A DNA stretch of 50,745 bases from assembly GCA_049322575.1 (NCBI GenBank), contig JBMORQ010000026.1, positions 1-50,745 of the forward strand. The letters are read 5' to 3'. The notes under the pieces are model-generated. The model had not been told where the DNA came from. It ran no database searches and worked only from the letters and a program-made list of their open reading frames with translations. Below are positions 46,213-50,745 of this stretch, piece by piece. This stretch comes from Patescibacteria group bacterium. GTDB taxonomy: Bacteria; Patescibacteriota; Microgenomatia; UBA1400; PJMF01. Position 1 is the stretch's first letter. Each line of letters opens with the position of its first letter. Both the position numbers and the translations under genes were made by a program.

Positions 46213-46319
46213 TTGAAGAGACGCAGAATCAAAACTCCGGTTCGTTCTGTGCAGTTATGCAATTACAAAAGATCTGCACAGCGCGAAGTACTGATAAAAA
46301 AATAAAGATAAAACAAGCC

Positions 46320-46335
46320 GTCCTGTCATTCCGAC
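46320..46335 (+). repeat. Duplicated tRNA-Pro 3' end (att-like)
   Basis: GTCCTGTCATTCCGAC vs GTCCTGTCACTCCGAC at 46160-46175 (15/16). Confidence 0.75.
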
Positions 46336-46377
46336 AAACGGAAATGACTTTAAAACCTTAAATGCTTTTTTGTTTGG

Positions 46378-46770
46378 CTAATCTAGCCTCTCGTGCTCAT
46401 GTTGCTCTGCCGCATCAGCTTCCGCCTTAGTTGTGTGAACAGTTCCAGCTGGATGATTGGCCGGACTATAGATGGTGTAGAGCTTAAGTTCAACATCGCC
46501 AACATTGATAACCTTATGCTCTGCACCAGCAGGCACTATAACAGCAAAATCATCTGAGGCTAAATACTCTTCCCCATTGATGATAAATTTTGCCCTACCC
46601 TGCTCAATACGAAAAAATTGGTCAACATTTCCGTGCACTTCAAGTCCAATTTCTTCTCCTGGCAGAAGTGACATCACCACCAGTTGGCAGTGCTGCCCGG
46701 TAAATAATACCCGACGGAAATTGGTATTTGTCAAAGTCTCTTGCTGAATGTTGGCAAAATATCCTGTCAT
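46378..46770 (-). CDS. Cupin domain protein
   Basis: NFRRVLFTG, EIGLEVH, DQFFRIEQG, VPAGAEH, LKLYTIYSP. Confidence 0.92.
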   Translation of the reverse strand: MTGYFANIQQETLTNTNFRRVLFTGQHCQLVVMSLLPGEEIGLEVHGNVDQFFRIEQGRAKFIINGEEYLASDDFAVIVPAGAEHKVINVGDVELKLYTIYSPANHPAGTVHTTKAEADAAEQHEHERLD

Positions 46771-46915
46771 TTTTCCTTTCAATTAAGGTACTAAGATTAT
46801 TCAGTATATCTTTAAGGTCTTTACAACACAAACTAAGCAGCTATATCAGGAAAATCAGTTATAATAGTCCGTGAAGATCCCGCCCTATCAATTAACTTTT
46901 TAACAAACCAATTAA

Positions 46916-46987
46916 GCCTTCATAGTTCAATGGATAGAACGAGTGCCTCCTAAGCGCTAGATCCAGGTTCGATTCCCGGTGAGGGCA
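46916..46987 (+). tRNA. tRNA-Arg(CCT)
   Basis: GCCTTCA/TGAGGGC acceptor, AGTGC-CTCCTAA-GCGCT. Confidence 0.94.
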
Positions 46988-47004
46988 CATGTCTGGAAGA
47001 TCGA

Positions 47005-48314
47005 ATGCCAATCATTTTTAAAATACTAAAACGAGAATTAAGTCGATTCTCTGACATCCCACAAAGAGGCCGAAAACTGACCCTATCGATTATGCTGTAC
47101 TTGGCTGCAGACATAATCTCGTGGATTTTCTCCATGGCTTATTTGTACAGTAAAACGCAAAGGTTTGAGACAACTGCTGTCTTTGATCTTGGTCTATATC
47201 TAACAATTTGCCTTGGTTTTCTAATAAACTCAAAATTGATTAGCCGATTTAGTTCAAAAAAAATCACAACTCTCGGACTATCGGGCATGGGACTTGTTTT
47301 TCTTATCCTCTTTCTAATTCCCTGGCTTGGAGTGTATAACAGCAAAATTGATCTAATCACCAGTTTTGTTCTTGGTCTCATGTACGGATTACCTTGTGGT
47401 TTGTATTGGTCTAACCGCCTTTTTCTTTTCACAACAGAAGTTAGAGATCAGCAAAGAGACTATGTGTCCGCTGTTACGGGTGCCTTCGCCTCAATTTCCG
47501 GCGTTGTTTTGCCTTTATTGGTGGGTTGGCTGATAGCGCTCTCACCCGCACTTGGCTGGGAAAAGCTAGTGACGTACCGCTGGATTATGGTGGTTGCCTT
47601 TCTTCTCTATTTCTTCTCAGGAAAAGTTCTTAGTAGTCAAAGCAGCACAAGCCAATAATAAAAAATCTGCTGCTTAAAAAAGTTAGTCCGAGTTGGCGTT
47701 TGTTCCGTTGGCTGGTTTTTTTGGGAAGTATCCATACTGGAGTCAGCCTAACTCTCCCAGAAGCATTGACTCTTTCGTATTTGGGCGACGAAGGAATTCT
47801 TGGGACAATCAGTAGTATCCTTAGTCTGGGATCAGCTGTCTTTCTATATTTTCTTGGCAAACAAGAGAAAGCATACAAAAAACGAACTCAGGTTTTGACA
47901 TTTGCACTTATTCCGTTATTGGTTGCTTCTGCGCTACTTCTCGTAAGTTTTGGCAAAAACACTATTTTGCTTTTCCTAGTTGCTAACGGGCTTTTCAATA
48001 CATTTTTCTGGTATGTCTATTTCCCAATCCTGTCATATCAAGTTGACAAAAATAGCCTAGACGACCCTGCAAGTAGCTACCCATACTACTTCGACCACGA
48101 AATTTTCATTAATCTCGGGCGTATTTTGGCTGTCACCGGATACATTGTGCTCGTTTTGTTAATCAAGGAAAAAGCCATCCCAGTTGCTGTCGCCATCTCA
48201 ACCTTCTCTCAATTAGGTATGTTAATTGTTGTCAAAAAGATGCATACAAAAAGTGTTATAAAGGACAGTAATGAAATCGGTCTGGCAGTTAAATCTGAAG
48301 GATTGATAAGTTAA
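47005..48314 (+). pseudogene. MFS-like transporter split by a frameshift at about 47637-47655
   Basis: Two about 6-TM ORFs (47005-47658, 47700-48314); second frame is open from 47637 and overlaps the first. Confidence 0.65.
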
Positions 48315-48365
48315 CAGTTGGAGAACTCAGCTGCTGCAACCAGTGGAGCTAGTTTTGCCCTACAA

Positions 48366-48441
48366 GCCGATATAGTTCAACTGGATAGAACTGGGGTTTC
48401 CGGAACCTCAAATCCGGGTTCAAGTCCTGGTATCGGCACCA
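48366..48441 (+). tRNA. tRNA-Arg(CCG)
   Basis: GCCGATA/TATCGGC acceptor, GGGGT-TTCCGGA-ACCTC, encoded CCA. Confidence 0.95.
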
Positions 48442-48448
48442 AACACCC

Positions 48449-48475
48449 AAAAACCCCGCTTTTAGCGGGGTTTTG
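48449..48475. terminator. Bidirectional terminator (tRNA-Arg / ndk)
   Basis: AAAAA-CCCCGCT-TTT-AGCGGGG-TTTT. Confidence 0.85.
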
Positions 48476-48499
48476 AACGTCGGCTCAAACTTTTGAGAA

Positions 48500-48970
48500 T
48501 TATTTTCTCTCCTCGTCAGCGTAAACAACCTGCTCCATGACTCCTTCATAATCAAACAACTCATCATCTCCAAAAACGATTTTAATCTCGCGTTCGGCGT
48601 CAGAATTATTCGAGGATGCATGAATCAGGTTAAACTGTTGACTCATACCGAAATCGCCACGAATTGAACCTGCCTCTGCCTCACGACCCAAAGTTGTACC
48701 AACCAATTTGCGCACAACCGGCACTGCGTCAATTCCTTGCCAAGCCATTGCCACAATTGGCATAGATCCCATAAAAGACTTAAGATCGCCAAAAAAGCTC
48801 TTATCACGATGTTCAACATACCACTCCGAAAGCATTTCGTCGGTCATTGAGACCATTTTGATCCCCACAAGTTTCAAACCCTTACGCTCAAAACGGCTGA
48901 TAATTTCACCGATTAAGCCTCTCTGCAAACCGTCTGGTTTCACCAAGACTGCTGTTTTTGTAAACTGCAT
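48500..48970 (-). CDS. ndk: Nucleoside diphosphate kinase
   Basis: KPDGLQRGLIGEIISRFERKG, GSIRGDF, NLIHAS. Confidence 0.96.
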   Translation of the reverse strand: MQFTKTAVLVKPDGLQRGLIGEIISRFERKGLKLVGIKMVSMTDEMLSEWYVEHRDKSFFGDLKSFMGSMPIVAMAWQGIDAVPVVRKLVGTTLGREAEAGSIRGDFGMSQQFNLIHASSNNSDAEREIKIVFGDDELFDYEGVMEQVVYADEERK

Positions 48971-49252
48971 ACTCTCCTTTCATCCTTGCCACCTAGGCAA
49001 TTTCTACCAATCACATATCAGATTATTTTACACCGAGGCTTTTCGTAAGGGAACTGCTTGATTGACTATCAATATCAAAATATAAAACAATGCTATTTAA
49101 GGTCAAATAACTATTCATTTTTTTCTAGTTTCTGGAAAGTGTAATCAAACAAAGAAAATAACTCAGTCAATATGCATCAAAATAGATTTTTGTGTTCAAT
49201 TATGAATAAGCCAGACAACAGAAAACGATGTTTTGAGGCAATCAACGTCAGT

Positions 49253-50566
49253 CTACCACCCGACCATTTTCAGTTGCGAGGCAAAATGAACTTCTCTTTC
49301 TTGGTAAGGTCCAGTAATTGCAAAACGAGTTTCATCATGCACAATTAGCTCTTTGACAAGAGACTCCAAGTCATCAAGAGTAACAGCCTTGAGTTTTTCA
49401 ACCACTTGCTCAGGAGTTTCAATAGAACCATTTAGAATTTGTTTCAAACCATAGTATTGTGCTAGTGATTCACTATCTTCAAAGCTCAAAACCATCTTGC
49501 CAATCAAATAATCCCTTGCTCGAGTCAGTTCCTCTTGAGAGATGGCCTTGGTGCCATTAAATAGATTGCCGAACTCTGACAAAGTGGTTTGAATTGCTTC
49601 GTCAACCCTTTTCAAATCAACCCCTGCCGAGACAGCCAAAACACCTCCGTCGTGAAACTGATCAATCCCCGAGTTAATATAGTAGCAAAGACCGCGTCTT
49701 TCTCTGATCTCGCTAAAAAGCCTTGAGCTCATATTTCCACCAAGAATAGTTGACAAAACTGACAAGGCATATCGGCGAGGGTCTTTACGTTTAATCCCAG
49801 GCCAACCTAGAATAAAATGAGCCTGCTGGGTTTGTCTTGATTCGACTAACAGCCTTTCTTGTGAAACAGGACCTTGAGGACACAACCTGTCAGTAATATT
49901 AACTTTTCCTTGCCTTTCACCACCATCTTTGGTGAAATACTGATCAATTTTTTCCATCAAGTCCTGGCTGCCAACAACCTTTTCGTCGCCCGCCACCACC
50001 AAAACCAAATTGCCCAATCCATACCACTTCTTCAAGAAATCGCGGAAATCAGCCGATAGCATAGAATTAATTGTTTCTTTTTGGCCAATAATATCGTGAC
50101 TCAAGCCACTCCCACGGTAAATCATCTGATCAAACAAGTTACCAATATGCCTGGCAGGATTATCGACATACATATTTAACTCTTCAATGATCACGCCCTT
50201 TTCCAAGTCAATGTCTGTCTGGCGAAGCTTTGGACTAAGCAACATATCAGACAAAACGTCCATGGCCAATTCCAAGTGAACCGAAGCAGATTTGACGTAG
50301 TACCCGGTGTACTCTTTGCTGGTAAAAGCGTTGAAATCAGCGCCGATACTATCAACTGTTTTTGCTAAAGTCTGGGCATCAGGGTATTTCTCAGTACCTT
50401 TAAACACCATGTGTTCAAAAAAGTGTGCAATACCTTGCTTATTGGGCTCTTCATATCTGGAACCAGTGTTTGACAAGGCCAGAACGACAACTGACTCAAT
50501 ATTTTTTAGAGGTATTCGGATAACCTCTAAGCCGAGGTTGGTAGTAGATATCGAGTGTTTAAACAT
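49253..50566 (-). CDS. M16 (pitrilysin/insulinase) family zinc peptidase
   Basis: GSRYE, GIAHFFEHMVFKGT (HxxEH), NAFT, GGNMSSRLFSEIRERRGLCY. Confidence 0.95.
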   Translation of the reverse strand: MFKHSISTTNLGLEVIRIPLKNIESVVVLALSNTGSRYEEPNKQGIAHFFEHMVFKGTEKYPDAQTLAKTVDSIGADFNAFTSKEYTGYYVKSASVHLELAMDVLSDMLLSPKLRQTDIDLEKGVIIEELNMYVDNPARHIGNLFDQMIYRGSGLSHDIIGQKETINSMLSADFRDFLKKWYGLGNLVLVVAGDEKVVGSQDLMEKIDQYFTKDGGERQGKVNITDRLCPQGPVSQERLLVESRQTQQAHFILGWPGIKRKDPRRYALSVLSTILGGNMSSRLFSEIRERRGLCYYINSGIDQFHDGGVLAVSAGVDLKRVDEAIQTTLSEFGNLFNGTKAISQEELTRARDYLIGKMVLSFEDSESLAQYYGLKQILNGSIETPEQVVEKLKAVTLDDLESLVKELIVHDETRFAITGPYQEREVHFASQLKMVGW

Positions 50567-50633
50567 ATAGGCGATTCTATCACTATCGAACTTGATAAGA
50601 CATGATCGATCAGAAACGATCAGGACTTTCGCT

Positions 50634-50744
50634 TCAGCCACAGTAAATATGGATGATAGGTTGACGCAACACAGATGTTAAATACTCATCAATGAGGGTA
50701 GTTTTTCTGGCATAGATGGTTTGTTTCATCTGGTGAGCAGCCAC
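50634..50744 (-). CDS. Possible 3' end of a gene truncated by the window edge
   Basis: Open frame VAAHQMKQTIYARKTTLIDEYLTSVLRQPIIHIYCG* running in from the edge. Confidence 0.3.
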   Translation of the reverse strand: MAAHQMKQTIYARKTTLIDEYLTSVLRQPIIHIYCG

Positions 50745-50745
50745 T

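Noticed and set aside
47630-47660. Programmed -1 frameshift in the split MFS
   Set aside because: No X XXY YYZ slippery heptamer within the overlap of the two frames
1329-50570. Numerous 60-165 aa ORFs antisense to or nested within acdAB, pflB, thrS, rplA, rplL, murL-murD and others
   Set aside because: Shadow frames of well-supported genes with no independent motifs

Overview
Chromosomal window from a small-genome bacterium, most consistent with Patescibacteria/CPR (Microgenomates-like; inferred from gene content and surface-protein style, standard genetic code). It contains: (1) a minus-strand fermentation/CoA cluster (pflB, pflA, fused ADP-forming acetate-CoA ligase, a CoaD-CoaE fusion, a CoA-binding protein) interleaved with orphan genes; (2) a fragmented tRNA-rpmG-secE-nusG-rplK-rplA-rplJ-rplL region with two inverted galU paralogs, seven tRNAs overall and a probable 6S RNA; (3) an adjacent dockerin/cohesin surface-protein pair; (4) cell-envelope genes including a MurL-MurD fusion, a WecB/TagA glycosyltransferase and a divergent MreB. 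The best signals absent from the ORF track are a Thr-rich leader-peptide attenuator upstream of an MFS transporter-thrS pair, a cobalamin riboswitch over an orphan gene, att-like motifs delimiting single-gene cassettes at the tRNA-Trp 3' end, a TA-flanked palindromic MITE-like element with a deletion derivative, and widespread leaderless-type promoters. All calls are by eye; no database searches were run.
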